NCBI GenBank assembly: GCA_002189035.1
Contig: CM007990.1
Coordinates: 6,076,001 to 6,140,000 of the forward strand
Length of the DNA: 64,000 bases
DNA from: Utricularia gibba
Lineage: Eukaryota > Plantae > Magnoliophyta
Direction: 5' to 3'
Shown here: positions 50,083 through 62,982 of the stretch, piece after piece
Layout of the letters: each line of letters opens with the position of its first letter
How positions within the stretch are numbered: position 1 is the stretch's first letter
The notes under the pieces: model-generated
The model's input: only the letters and a program-made list of their open reading frames with translations
Told to the model about the DNA's origin: nothing
The model's database searches: none
Made by a program: the position numbers and the translations under genes

Positions 50083-50691
50083 TTCCTGTTTTCTGCGAGA
50101 ATAGCATTGTCAACGTCCATACAAAAAGAGCATAAGAACACAAATCCATTCGATTTGGAAACTTATAGCCAATATGCAGAGAAAATGAAACTACAAGAGG
50201 ATCTGATAAACGGACAGCGACTTGGATAAAAATCAGATCTGAAACATTTCCACAGACAACAACCACTGGATCGATACCGAAAGAGGACAGCACAACAAAA
50301 AAAAACGGGAAAACCCTTCAATGACGATTGGACGACATCGACCATTCGCTACGTAGATCGGATACGCCTCAGAGAGGCGATCTCAAGAAATATCGTACCC
50401 GGTGCGGAGAGATCTGGAAGAACAGCAGGTATCACACTGGAGGAGAAATGGAAGATCTGGTGCTTGATTTTGGGTTCCGGGTTGACAAAACTTAAATACT
50501 TGAATTCCATTTTAATGAATTGATGCTTCTCATTTTTTAAGTTTTAATAAATGCCCGCCGGCCGAGTTTGGAAATAATAATTATTCTTATTTTCCCTTCT
50601 GATGTCATACGTTCATCCGCAGTAGCAGGGACTGGGAGCATCCATCGCGCGCTTTCTGCTTCCTCCGTTGCAGCAGCCCTCCAGGTTTGTG

Positions 50692-51513
50692 CTAAAACTG
50701 AGGGCGATGCGCCCACTGAACACGTCAAGGAAGTATCTGATGAGTTGCCTCGGTACATTGTAAGCAAATGCTGCTGTTCGTTCAGCACTTACGTTCTTGG
50801 AAGCGGTGGCAAAAGCTCCCCTGTGGCTCATCTCCGGGTTCTCTGTCTTCAGCCTCTTGATTTCATGCCTATACACGTAGTGCAATGCTTTAGTGTTAAT
50901 AATGCAAACACAAGACGTTGTTAGGCTAACAATTCTTGTACTTGATGAAGCTATTGTAGGCTGATCGTGGACGCTGCTTCTTCTCGGGTGCTGACGAACA
51001 AAAAGGAAAGGCATCCCCTTTCATCCTTCTCTGATGGTGAAGAGGCTGGACTGTAACATGCCTCTGTTAACTTGCCAGCGGACGGGATTTCTTCAGGAGC
51101 TGCTTCCAGTTTGTGCTGAATCTAGATGCGATTCGTGGTTATAAGAGAGCGTCCGCCATGACTTACAGAGAGCATAACGTATGGCCCATCAAATGGTTAC
51201 ATAGATCATAAAACACTCACCCGGGGTGAACAAGTTTCACTGAGACGAAATAAAGCAAGTTTCCTCATATCAACAGAGAGCATGCCGGTGCAGTGACCGC
51301 ATCGGATCTTTACAGCCATGCATAACCTGGTGCTTGGAACGAGAACCTGCCGCCATGTTAAAACAGATAAGGGATGAGATGACAGAAACTCATGCCAAAA
51401 CATTGTCTTAGCAGATCTGGGAAGTTGATTACAAGTAAGACTGTACTGCAAAATCCACATTTCATGTAGATAGGTTGCTCCTTGAAGCTCGGGGAATTTT
51501 CCAAGTCCCCCAT
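50692..51513 (-). CDS. INO: YABBY transcription factor, INO-like; multi-exon, divergent
   Basis: Zinc finger KCGFCSTVLLV...RCGHCTGMLSV (CGFC is INO-type); YABBY domain PEKKQRPRSAYNSFIK-HEIKRLK...MSHRGAFATASKN-WAH; adjacent to ARF as in other eudicots. The exon 3/4 boundary and C-terminus are uncertain. Confidence 0.78.
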
Positions 51514-52468
51514 TTCCTTCACAGAGTTTTGAAGAGAATGGAGATGAAACAACGAAAGGATATAGTTCTAAACTTAACCAACGGTATGCATGTATCTGGC
51601 TGGAAATTCCCAAATGCCATCTTTAATTCTTAACGCACCTGTTCTTTTCATACTGTACTTGTCTCTGCATTCGCCCTCATAACCTGCACCTGCAACAACA
51701 GACTTAATATCTTGCGGTTTGGGGGAGTATTTTGCAAGTTTTTGGTGTCTGCAACAGGTGGCTAACAAGGAAACTGATGCTGGCATGCCAGGAAAATTGC
51801 CCTCCTCCGTGGAAAGAAAATATTTCTATATGAACACTGGAAATATGAAAGTTGCATCATCCATGTCTTTACTTCAAATGTTTCACTTTTCCACATTCTT
51901 TGTCATGAACTACGTTCTATCCAGGAAACAGTTGGAACTTGCCTAAAGATTTCAGGGTTTACGGGGCCCAATGGGTGGCCATAAGTCAAATCAAGAGTTG
52001 CATCTGTAGAATAGAGAACAATGTGCTGCTTGCCGAGGAGTGTATGTATCACAAACTAGAGCTTCACAACCTTCGGCGAAGCATCTTAGTTTTGTTTTTA
52101 CACTGTCATCTTCATGCTCTTTTTGTTTCTATCCTAACACCTGTGCATTATGTGCAATTCCAGTGGCTTCACTGCCATATATTATGCCAGTAAGCTACTT
52201 GTTCATAAGTCGAACAAAAGATCCTAGAGAATATCCTCCACGATCGTCTAATCGCCCAGCAACAGCTCCCAGATTACTCGGATTCTCCCATGAGACATGA
52301 GATCGAAGCAGCTGCAGCTTGTGAAAATGTGTCCAGCTGGTCAGCCGCATCATTCTGCGCTCTCAAATCATCAAAGCAGCTGCCTTCCCTTGCATATCCA
52401 TGTTCGGAATCTCATCCACTGGATTTGGAGTCTCATCCGCTGGAGAGCTATCCATCTCATGCACAAGC

Positions 52469-53788
52469 TTAACAGGTACGTAACAGAAACCAGAACAGCT
52501 GAAATGACATCAGCCGTCGTGAATGTGAAGACGCGAAATCTTCGATTAGCTGTATGATAAACCAGAGAACGGCTAATATTTCAGAAAGCCGTAAGATCTG
52601 AGCACAGTAATTCATCAGAAGGAACTCGCAAATTTAAGTCCAGAAAAATGCCCAAACGGAGAGGGCAAAAACATGGGAAAACCTGAGTTTGAACAGATAA
52701 TTAAAATAGAAATGCCTTGGTGAAGGAAGGTGCCTCACTCAAATAACGTCTATTAGGCAAAACGATGACAACTATTCAAATGCATACAAGATATCCAAAC
52801 AAAAAAGTGAAATCATTCAAAGAAGAGAAGCATACATGAGGTTGAGTAAATGGCAAATTTACGAAGCTGGTGCAAGATAATGGCGAGATACCTGGATGAA
52901 AAATGCCCACGTAAAGAAATTGTGTAGCCAGAAGGAATATCTGCAGCAAGGAAAGCAAAATAAGGAGGCTGCAGATAATTTTTAGTGTGAATTCCTCTGC
53001 ACGTGGATGAACTCACAACTAGCATTCGCACTCGTTGGTAGTTTTCTCTTACTCTGTCCGGATGTCTAACCAGGCCAACAATCACTCTACCAGGAAACGT
53101 GAGAAGACGGCTTGGCATTGTTAACAGAGAGCGCAAGAGCTCCCATAGGTAGAATTTAAAACGCTGCATTTGCAAGAGAACAAATAAAAGAATTGCCAAA
53201 TTCGGAATTTGGAAAAAAACTACATTAGGCATGTTGCTAGCTAAAACATCACGGAGGGAAAAAACTACTTGAGCAAGAAAAAGAGGTTAATGTACCAGAA
53301 AAACACCAGTTAGTCCCGCAACATATAAGCCGTTAAACTGCTGAACGTTTAGTAGAACCTCAGAAACTTCAGCAGCTGTTTTATCAAAAGATGATTGTTG
53401 AGCTGCTAGATGACTGATTGCAGAATTGCAAAATGGGCATCGGCATCGTGAAGGTTTGTATTGATATTCCCATAGTTGTAAGATGCACCTACCTGAAAGA
53501 TCAAGTGGGAAGATGACATAAATAAAGGAATACCACAAGCTAAGCGTCAACTGTGAACCAGTCTGAAGAAAAGTACCAGGGAAAACCAATCATGAAATGA
53601 ACAGGGAAATGAAAGAGAATACCACAAAACCAGTGCCCGCAGCTAGCCTTGCAGGGTATATTGAACTCCCCAAAACATATAGGGCAACAATCATCTTCTG
53701 GGGGGTTTTTAAATCCACTTTCCGTTTTGATTTCTTCCGGACCATACGTATCTCCCCCAACGTAACTAACAGCATCATCCATTTCCAT
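52469..53788 (-). CDS. RNF170-like membrane RING E3 ligase, multi-exon
   Basis: PPEDDCCPICFGEFNIPCKASCGHWFCGRCILQLW...RCPFC (C3HC4 RING), followed by hydrophobic exons. The 3' end is uncertain. Confidence 0.75.
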
Positions 53789-54454
53789 TGAAATTCCAAT
53801 CTAGATGAAGAAAGAGAACTGTTGCACAAGCAAAACCTCGCAGTTAAATTTTTTTTTTTTTTCTAAATCTCCGATCTTGATGCAGAATCCAAAAACTGGA
53901 ATTCCAAATTATTTTGAGTTGAGAGAAGATCGCATTGGAGCAAGCTCAAGTAGATGCAACCAGTATTGATGACCTAAAAGAAAAGAAAAGTATCATTCAT
54001 TCAAAAAAGTGGAGCAACACGAACCCTTGTTGGAAAGTTAACCTAGATCATGATTTTATCAACATGGAGAATAGGTCAGTAGTACCATCACTTAGTTTGA
54101 CGCTATCCACAGGGACAGTGAATCAAAGCAGGCTGGGCAGCAATCTCTTTATAGTGCGGTAACGAAAGCAGCATGTGAAAGTTGCCACTGGTAGGAACAG
54201 AGTTCACAGTTGTTGAATGAGCGCGAAATCGGCTTCACTCACTGCAACCTCCAAGAAACCTCGCGACTTTTTCTTCTTTTCACAGCAACTCGAGGAGTCA
54301 AAAACGCGGTCGCCAAAATAGAAAAAAAAAAAAAACCCGTTTTAAAAGAATTTCATTTTTTGCCCTATTTGAACGCTTTTGCCGAAAGTGCGAGAATTTG
54401 TAGGATTGGCCAAACCCTTGATCCTCCAAATCACAACCTGAACTTCCGGCGAAG

Positions 54455-55714
54455 ATGATTCAATCGGCGGCGAAGCGATGGTCGACCTCCTTAGTGGCTC
54501 TCAAGTCAGCGAATTGTCAGCTGCAGCAGTGGCGAGGTATCCGAGTGAAGGTTCTGAATAATAATTTAGACCAGGCCTTGGCTCTGTTGCAGAGGAAGAT
54601 GCGTGACAGTGGTATCGAGCGTATGATTAAGGTTGAGCAGACATGCCACATTAAGAATTCCGAGAAGCGCGTCCTGGCTAAGAAGAATCTGGAGCGGAAG
54701 ATCCGGTCTCAGGACCTTGCCCGTAAGCTTAAAGCGATTCTTGTGCAGAAAGTCAGGTGAGATGATCGGAATTTTGATGATTTAATCAGGTTTTAGAGAT
54801 TTTATTTACGGAACGCTTACCATTTGATTCAACGTTGATCTTGCATCTGTCATTTCTTAAGCTTAGCCGAAGTGTTTAGTGTGCTGTGTGGAAAGTCTAG
54901 ATTTGATCCCAAGTGTTGCAAAAGACCCCAACTTGCAATGGATGCGCAAAAATTGGCATAATGTTACAGTTCGTGTTACTAGATTTTGTGGTCTGGTTGG
55001 TGAAGGGTATTCGCAGAGGTTCGAGTCAGAGGGGAGAAATTAGGAGTTTCAGGATTATGACTTTTTTCCTGCCTTTGGAAGCGGAAATACATGCAACAAC
55101 TTGGAGGGAAAGGGAGAGTATGATGGACATGAATGATAAACACAGATACAGCGAAAGTTATTTGTGAATAATGGATGTCCAAAAGCTAATGAATGATGTA
55201 CAGTCCCCTCTGTTGAGTGGATAGAGGGGGTTACTGTCATTCATATATTTGACTGCTGATGAATTTTTGCTGCCTGGTTCCTTGTCTTTTCTTCTTTCTC
55301 TTCTGTATTGTTTGTTAAATTTCCTTCTGGATGTAACTAGGTCATTAGGCGACGGTAGGTTCCTCTTTCTTTAGTCTTCAGTTCAAATATAACGTATGAA
55401 TGCAGATAGCTTGATTTTTCCCTAGCTGATATCAAGTAAAAAAAAATATTTCTGCTCTTATCATATGAATGCAGCTATCTTATGAGAGTTTTGAAACACC
55501 ACCTGTGGGATGTGAAGGCTACTTTAGCCATTGAATCTCCATATCCACTCCACTTATCCAGATTTTGACCGCATCCATACACTTTAGGGATTATTTGATT
55601 CCATTCATAGCGCTCAAACTATTCCGTAACATTCCCATTGTCATTCTCGGAAGTTGTGTTGTTTCATGAAGTGATTATTGGTTTCTCTCGCTTTGTATCT
55701 GCAGGGGTCTGTGA
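54455..55714 (+). CDS. RPS21: Mitochondrial ribosomal protein S21; exons 54455-54756 and 55705-55714
   Basis: QQWRGIRVKVLNNNLDQAL...SGIERMIK...HIKNSEKRVLAKKNL...ILVQKVR|GL*. The terminal micro-exon G GGT CTG TGA follows a TGCAG acceptor. Confidence 0.88.
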
Positions 55715-56244
55715 GGGAAGCTATCAGGATGCCCGCTGCTTGGCACTCCCTTTGTTTTCCGGTGGCTTTTTCGCGTCTTACAGGACAAGGAAATGCAACG
55801 TGTAATCAGGATGGCGTTTTGCTTTCTCTGAGGCTCCATTTCATTTGTTGTCTCCTGCATATAGGCATGACTGAGTGCAGGAAGCATAGGTTTTGGGAGG
55901 TCCAGACCTGAGATTGATTTGTTGTGATGATCTTTTACAAAAATATGCTGCCAGAGAAAAGGGTGCTTTTATGTTCATTATGCTGCTTATCATATGCTTA
56001 TGCAAAAGTATTGAATAATAATATAATCTCACAACGATAGTAGTTCAAGCCAATGGAGCGATTTCAGTAAAAATGAGGGGGAAAACAAATAAAATGTACG
56101 CCAAATTTTGTGGCAAAATTTAGTTGAGGGGTTTTGAGGTGGAGTCCAGGCGCGAGTAGCAACAAGCAGGGTTTAAGAGACATTCCAGCCATTTCGTCAT
56201 CGCCTTCCAGCCGGAGGACAGACTGCTCGTGTGGTGCATGGGAG

Positions 56245-59200
56245 ATGGAGAAAAAGAGACTCCGATTGGTGTTTAAAGATGGAGAGATTTTGAGCGATGC
56301 CCAGAAGTCGGAAGGCTTGGCACGCTGCTGGGTTCTCCTGAAACCCCAAGAAATTGGCACTGTTTCTGATCTCATCTCTCACCTTCTCGACTTATTTCAA
56401 CTCCGAAAATCCTGCCCTCATGGTCTCATCCTTTCTGTAAGAACTACGTGAACCCCACATTTTGTATTTTTTTATTCATGTTTTTGTTTTTCTGCGAAGA
56501 CTATGTATGCTTTCTGAGATCATGTATTTGGGTTCGCATTTTATTCTCACAACTTCTGTCTTTGTGTTCTCTATCGTTGGCACCTTGTGCCTGTGTAGGT
56601 TTTTGAATAATTTGATTTTCTGAAATTAATTTATGTCAGACGTCTGGTTTCGTGCTGCCACCATTTGAGTCTTCAAGCATCTTGGAGTGTAATGAAATTA
56701 TCAGGTTAGTGTGAAGTAAGCCCCGATGGATACCTAAACATGCTCTCCATCTTTACTTTACATTTTATTGAGAAATGTTGGTGAGCACGTAAAAGGAATT
56801 AATTATGGATGAAATTATCTTTTTTTCACAACCAGAGTAACCAAGAAGAAAGCGCCCACTCTATGTTTAGAGGATGATCGTGCTTCTAATGAAGTTGAGA
56901 AAGTGAAAGACAAGCAGAGGAAGCTTGTGGATAATGGTGTCCTGCTTTTGGAATTTGAGAAACAAAAGGGTGGCTTTCAGGTTGAGGATGCTGAAGAAGA
57001 TTTCAATGAGGTGGATGAAGAATTAGACCCTTCTACTAGTAGAAGAGGATCAAAAAGTCAAAAAAGAAAAGCAGACGATAAACTTCTCCACCCAAAGTAC
57101 GCATTTTGCTTCTCTTATCCTCGGTTTATGGTTTTTCTTCTTTGTTTTATTGATGATGTTGCAAAATTGCGTCTTTCGCAGGAAGAAAAAAAAAGTCTCT
57201 GAGGCTACTGGAAGTGCTGCTGAGAATGGTGCTCCAACAGGAAACATGGTTGATTCCTCCTCCAACAAAAGGGATAACAGCGATCGTGAAGATAACCCTC
57301 AAAATAATACTGAACACGCTAATGTGGGCGATAAGGATGATATTGCACTCTCTAATATAAAAAGGTGTTATTGGAAACCACTTTGATAATTTTTGCTTTT
57401 TTAATCAAGCCAATTTTTTCCTTTATTTATGTGTTCAGATGCAGACATTCTGATGTTGAAGATAATGACAAAGGGACACCAGACACTAAACCCACACCTA
57501 CCAAAAAGGTCTTCTTCGTTGTATGTGCAATATTTATGCATACGCATTCTTACAAACGATCTTATTTGATTTAATATGTAGGGCCCTAGTAGAAGTGCAA
57601 GACGGAAGTATGCCAAGAGACGTTGGCTGAGAGAAATGGCTAAGATCAAGCAAAATACCACAAGTGAATCAGAGGGCCTTGTAAGCTCAAAATGTTTTAT
57701 TGTGAGACTACTCTTTATTAGTTTCCCATTCTTTTGTATTCTTTATACAGAAAAATTGGAAAGAAGATCAATCTAAAGCAAAAGGAAATAAGGTGCCATC
57801 TCCTGTTGAATAGTGTTTGACTACCATGCTTCACATAACTTCAAACATGTATTTTGCAGCGCAACTGGGAAAAAAATCTTGATGATCCCGTTAAAGATGT
57901 GCAGGATGATGGACCTAGAGGGCTGGTTTGTATCTTATAATTGTAGCCATTTGGTGTCTTGTTTGGTACTTTGAGATTGTGCATCATGCAGCTCCACTGG
58001 AAGCCATCATCACAGAATGGTAAACTTAACGACGGAAAAAAACGTGGATGGAATAAAGAGCGTCTTCATAAGCCTTTATTCTATGCTGATGATGCTGATA
58101 AAGGGAAAAATCAACTTAGTGGTGAAAATTCACAACCAACCATTGACTGGAGTGGCCTCGAATCAGTGACTCCAGAAAAGGATGATGTGGATGAGCAACC
58201 AGCTCCTAAAAATAGTGCTTTAGAAGGGCATCAAAATAGTCATGCACCTGGAACACCAAATGAGTCTTCTGATGAGGAAAATGAAGTTGTTCCTGTTATG
58301 ATCAGACCTGGGCACATTCGATTTGAGCCATTAGGAAAGGGTATAACTTTGTGGGTGCTGTCCGACTTTGATTTTTATTCGATTCCAAAATGTTCTTTTT
58401 TTACATAATTATATTTCATTCTTCATTCACTGGAACTTTGGCGGTCAATCAGCTCCTCTTTGTAATTGGAAATTTTTGTGATTAATTTCATGATGTGAAA
58501 CTGATTTTTCTGACATTTAATTTTTGCATAGAGTATCTCTCATATATTATAGTATGCCTACTGTTTTCTATGATCTGTTCCTTTTTCTCTTATAGGTGTA
58601 GAAGAAGCTCTTCTGGAAGATCATGTATCTTTGGTATGTATGTTTAGTAGTGATTGAGACATATGGACCTCAACATGTTGAAGGTTTCCCATACTTTCTC
58701 CACTAGGAAACCTATTCATGGAATGGGATTACCAACAAGAAGAAAGGCCAAAAATGGGGGAAGGAAGACAGGTCATTCACTCGCCAAAATTCTTACAACA
58801 ACTCTGATTTGCCTCCTAGCAAAAAAGAGAAAGAATATGAAGACTTAGACTTTGAGAAGCTTCCAATTCATGGCATACCAGAGGTAGCTAGGTTGATGTA
58901 TTCTCTGAACTTATGGTATTTCTGTACATCTCCCATCACTTAAACATGTGGTATTTTTTTTTTTTTCAGGAAGGAGACATAGTTGCTTTTCGTGAACTTG
59001 AGTTGTCATCAAATATGACTCCAGAAATTTCCAATTATCGAGTATAGACCATCCACCACCATTGGATTCAAAGCATATTTCCAGCTGCATTTTTAAATCT
59101 TAGGCTATTCAATGTGTTTGATTCAGGTTGGTAAGGTGTTATCTTTCGATGTTGAATCCAAGAATGCAGTTTTGCAGCCAGTACCAGGCCACCCATTCAT

Positions 59201-59934
59201 ACAAAAGAAGACTGCTGACGATGAAAATTCGCAACCAGATGATTCCTTTGAGAACCAGGATGGTCCTTTGCAGGTAAACAAATGTGCACACTTGGTATTC
59301 GGTATTCTACTCCCCTACTTATGGAAGATAGGCACTCCCATTATAAGAGACTTGAGTGTCAACTTGTCAATTCTAAATGTGACTCCTACCATGCCACCAC
59401 CACACTGAGCAAATGTTTGGTAGGCTTATGCTAGAAAGGAGCTAAGCGCTGTCCTGCAGGTTGACTATTCAACGCTGCTTGATGTACGGTTGGTCTCCAG
59501 GAGTTCAGGACCTCATGCCAAATGTCCCAGGAAGTTGAGCAATGGCTGTGCAGGCAACGAAAACGCTTCAAGTTCGCAAACTGTTGAGGCCATTTCAGGT
59601 TTCTACTTATTGCAACTCCCGATTTTGTATATTCCAGATCCATGTTTTTTCCATTCAGAAATTTCCGTACTCTGGAGTCCGATTTTCAGGGGTGAAAGAG
59701 TCAGAGCACTGCAAAGGAGCACTGCTTGCAGAAACAGGAATATGGGAGCAACTTAGTGAGGCTGTAGCCGCAAAAAAGGAGCAGCTTTCACAGAACCAAT
59801 GGAACAGAATTCCGGAGAAGAAAGAAAATCCAGCAGCGGATATAGGAGGGAATCGTTCATGGTCATTCAAGGCTCTCAGAGGCAGTGGCCTTGGTCCTAC
59901 AATGGCCTTGCTAAGGTCGAGCAAGAATTTGTAA
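56245..59934 (+). CDS. COIL: Coilin (Cajal body scaffold), multi-exon
   Basis: RLRLVFKD...CWVLL...CPHGLILS-GFVLPPFESS N-terminal domain; GPSRSARRKYAKRRWLR; VVPVMIRPGHIRFEPL; KKKGQKWG; C-terminus WSFKALRGSGLGPTMALLRS. Confidence 0.92.
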
Positions 59935-61074
59935 CAGCAGGTACTAGCGGAACCGCATCAATGGGGTTGGTTTGTCTCTCAAATGTATGCCAATGATGAG
60001 TGATCTTAGGTTCAGGAGTGCAAGTTGCCGTGACTGATGTTCATTGAGAATCCTATCCTCTGACGTAGCGACAGCATCCTTGCGGAACCGCCTCCGTCAC
60101 CAACTACGCGGCCCGTAACGCAAGGTGCAAGTTTATTACGCATCTCATCGAACGAGGGAGGGGAGTGTCGTGAAGTTGATCTGGGCTGGGCTTCCAAGGA
60201 ATGATGAGTACTGTGGGGACAATTACTTTAATTACATAGGCACAGTAAACAAAATAAAAATGGAATTACCAAGTACCATGTCGATTTGAACATCTATTTT
60301 TAAAGGAGGAAAATTTAATTCCAACTCATGGCTGAAATTACCCAAATCATAACCCTAAATTGGACAGCACACACCCAAGTTGCTTTTGTGATTGACTTCC
60401 GCGTCACCGGAGGGTCTCCGCCGCGGTGGATCTCGTTGGAGACCAGTATTTCGACGCACTTCTATCAGGTGAGGTTGTGAAAGGAACTGCGCACGTTGTC
60501 GGTTTACGGGCATCTCTTGGAAACTGATTGGGGTATTTGGATAGTACACGGTAGCTGGTGTTCGATATTTTCACTCGCTGATTCTAATTGTTCATAGCTG
60601 AGCAATTTCTCAGATTTGGTTGCTTGGATGAAATGGGCATCTGGGTCTTATGCCCTGATGAATATATGATGTAGGGTTCAACCTAGTTGCCTTTGAAATG
60701 CTCAAGTCTGAATGTAAGCGTATGCGAAAGAAGAAATTACTCACGAATAATTTCCGGAACCTTTTTTTTTTTTTTATTGTTGACGTATTGCGGTCGTTCT
60801 TTGCTGTAGATCTGCATGCAATGTTTTTTATTTGCTTCACCTAATTCTCCAAAGATTCATGTTTTTGTTGAATTGATTCATCGGAACCTGCGTGGTACTC
60901 CGCACTGGCAGTACTTAGGTCTCGTTTTGGGTCCTAGATCTTTAGATCTTTTATTACGAGTTAGTGAAAAGGTCTTTAAGATGTCATTGTAGATTATCGA
61001 AACTTCCCTGCCTCAATTGATTTTTTGCTTCTGCATAATCAGGTGTGTAGACTAGGAACTGATAACCAGTGTTT

Positions 61075-62982
61075 ATGGATCCAATCCATAGAAAGCAAGC
61101 GGACTATGGAGAGGAAGAGTATGATGGACATCAAAGGATGCAAGACCACCATGGTGCAGCTATACCTGCCCTTGCTGATGAGGAAATTATTGGTGAGGAT
61201 GATGAATACGATGACCTCTACAATGATGTTAATGTTGGAGAGGGTTTCATGCAAATACAACACTCAGAAACGCAGATGCCTTCTCCTATGGTCGATGATA
61301 ATCCTTCAGGGAATGGAAATGAAGCAGTGCCCTTAATACAGGCTAACAATTCCAGATCAAGCAATGATCGGTCCTATGGACCTTCCGTTGCCCAATTACC
61401 CGAGCAGAAAGAGGGCTTTACAAGCACAGGAGAGGCATCACTTGCTACTGATCATTCTCAGAGGGGCCGGATTCCTGATGTAGCCCACATTGCTCAGTCA
61501 GATCCCTTGGGATATCAAGGATCTGTTGTCTTGTCTAATAAAAATACAGAAGATCGGGCAAACAACTCAGATAAAATTGTGGGTGATACTGCTTCTTTGG
61601 CGATTCCTAGTATGGTTAGTTCAAAAGGAGTCCCTCATGCTCCTTTCAATTCAAACAGTTTGCCTACAGATGCCAATGCAAATCGCTCTGTGGATGTGGA
61701 TTACCTTAATCGACCATCTTCTGGAAATGGAAATACCATGCTCTATGTTGGAGAGCTGCATTGGTGGACAACAGATGCAGAGCTCGAAAGCGTGCTTATT
61801 CAGTATGGAAAGGTGAAGGACATTAAATTTTTTGATGAAAGGGCGAGTGGGAAGTCAAAAGGTTATTGCCAAGTTGAGTTTTATGATCCTGCTGCTGCTT
61901 ACGCCTGCAAGGAGGGTATGAATGGGCATCTATTCAATGGGCGGGCCTGTGTAGTGGCATTTGCCACGCCACAGACCATTAAACAAATGGGTGCTTCATA
62001 CATGAATAAGAACCAAAGCCAGGGTCAGTCACAGAGTCAAGGAAGAAGTGCTATGAATGATGGTACAGGACATGGTATTGGAGCGAATTATCCAAGTGGA
62101 GATGATGGGAGAAACTTTGGACGTGGAGGCTGGGCACGAGGTGGAAATCAACAACTTAACAGAGGTTCAGGTGCTGGCAACATGAGGGGAAGAGGAGGCA
62201 TTGGAAATAAGACGATGATGGGAAATACACCTGCTGCTGGTGGAGGAAATTATGCACAGGGGATTGGTGGACCAGGTTTTGGTGTGCCTCCTGGTATGAT
62301 GCATCCTCAGGGCATGATGGGTCCTGGTTTTGACCTCGCATTTATGGGTCGGGCTGCTGGATATGGGAACTTCTCCGGTCCAGCTTTCCCAGGAATGATT
62401 CCTCCCTTTCCTGCAGTAAATACAATGGGCCTCCCTGGTGTTGCTCCGCATGTCAATCCTGCTTTTTTTAGTCGAGGTATGGCACCCAATGGGATGGGCA
62501 TGATGGGAAATTCTGGAATGACTGGTCCCCATTCCGGTGTGTGGAATGACCCAAACTTGGGTGGTGTGGGAGGTGACGAACATGGACGAGGTACAGGAGA
62601 ATCTAGCTATGGTGGTGAAGATAATGCTTCAGAATATGAGCATGGAGATGCAAGTCAGGATAAAGGAGGGAGATCCAGTGCTGCTTCACGAGAAAAGGAA
62701 CGAAATTCTGAGCGTGAGTGGCCTAATAATGTTGATAAGAGACACAGAGAAGAGAGGGAACGTGAAACACGGCGATATGATAGGGACACTAGATACAGGG
62801 AAGAAAAAGCTCGACATCGGGATTACAGCCACAGAGATCGTGATGCAGGTTATGATGATGAGCGGGACAGAGGTCAATCTTCAAGATCACACAGTCGTTC
62901 AGGTGCGGTCCCAGAAGATGATCATAGGTCTCGATCTAGGGATGCTGATTATGGGAAACGGAGGCGTATGCCATCTGAGTGA
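61075..62982 (+). CDS. CFIM68: Cleavage factor Im large subunit (CFIm68/CFIm59, CPSF6/7-like) RRM protein; uninterrupted CDS
   Basis: DYGEEEY...AIPALADEE; DDEYDDLYNDVNVGEGF; RRM MLYVGELHWWTTDAELE...FFDERASGKSKGYCQVEF; Gly/Pro/Met-rich middle; RE/RD/RS-rich tail DYGKRRRMPSE*. Confidence 0.9.
   Translation: MDPIHRKQADYGEEEYDGHQRMQDHHGAAIPALADEEIIGEDDEYDDLYNDVNVGEGFMQIQHSETQMPSPMVDDNPSGNGNEAVPLIQANNSRSSNDRSYGPSVAQLPEQKEGFTSTGEASLATDHSQRGRIPDVAHIAQSDPLGYQGSVVLSNKNTEDRANNSDKIVGDTASLAIPSMVSSKGVPHAPFNSNSLPTDANANRSVDVDYLNRPSSGNGNTMLYVGELHWWTTDAELESVLIQYGKVKDIKFFDERASGKSKGYCQVEFYDPAAAYACKEGMNGHLFNGRACVVAFATPQTIKQMGASYMNKNQSQGQSQSQGRSAMNDGTGHGIGANYPSGDDGRNFGRGGWARGGNQQLNRGSGAGNMRGRGGIGNKTMMGNTPAAGGGNYAQGIGGPGFGVPPGMMHPQGMMGPGFDLAFMGRAAGYGNFSGPAFPGMIPPFPAVNTMGLPGVAPHVNPAFFSRGMAPNGMGMMGNSGMTGPHSGVWNDPNLGGVGGDEHGRGTGESSYGGEDNASEYEHGDASQDKGGRSSAASREKERNSEREWPNNVDKRHREERERETRRYDRDTRYREEKARHRDYSHRDRDAGYDDERDRGQSSRSHSRSGAVPEDDHRSRSRDADYGKRRRMPSE

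Noticed and set aside
51555-51563. U12-type 5' splice site ATATCCTTT on the minus strand
   Set aside because: It lies upstream of the INO start with no matching branch site or AC acceptor; probably chance.
60012-60197. 61-aa minus-strand ORF after coilin
   Set aside because: It starts at TTG inside a GCCCAGCCCA promoter-like tract and has no recognisable homology.
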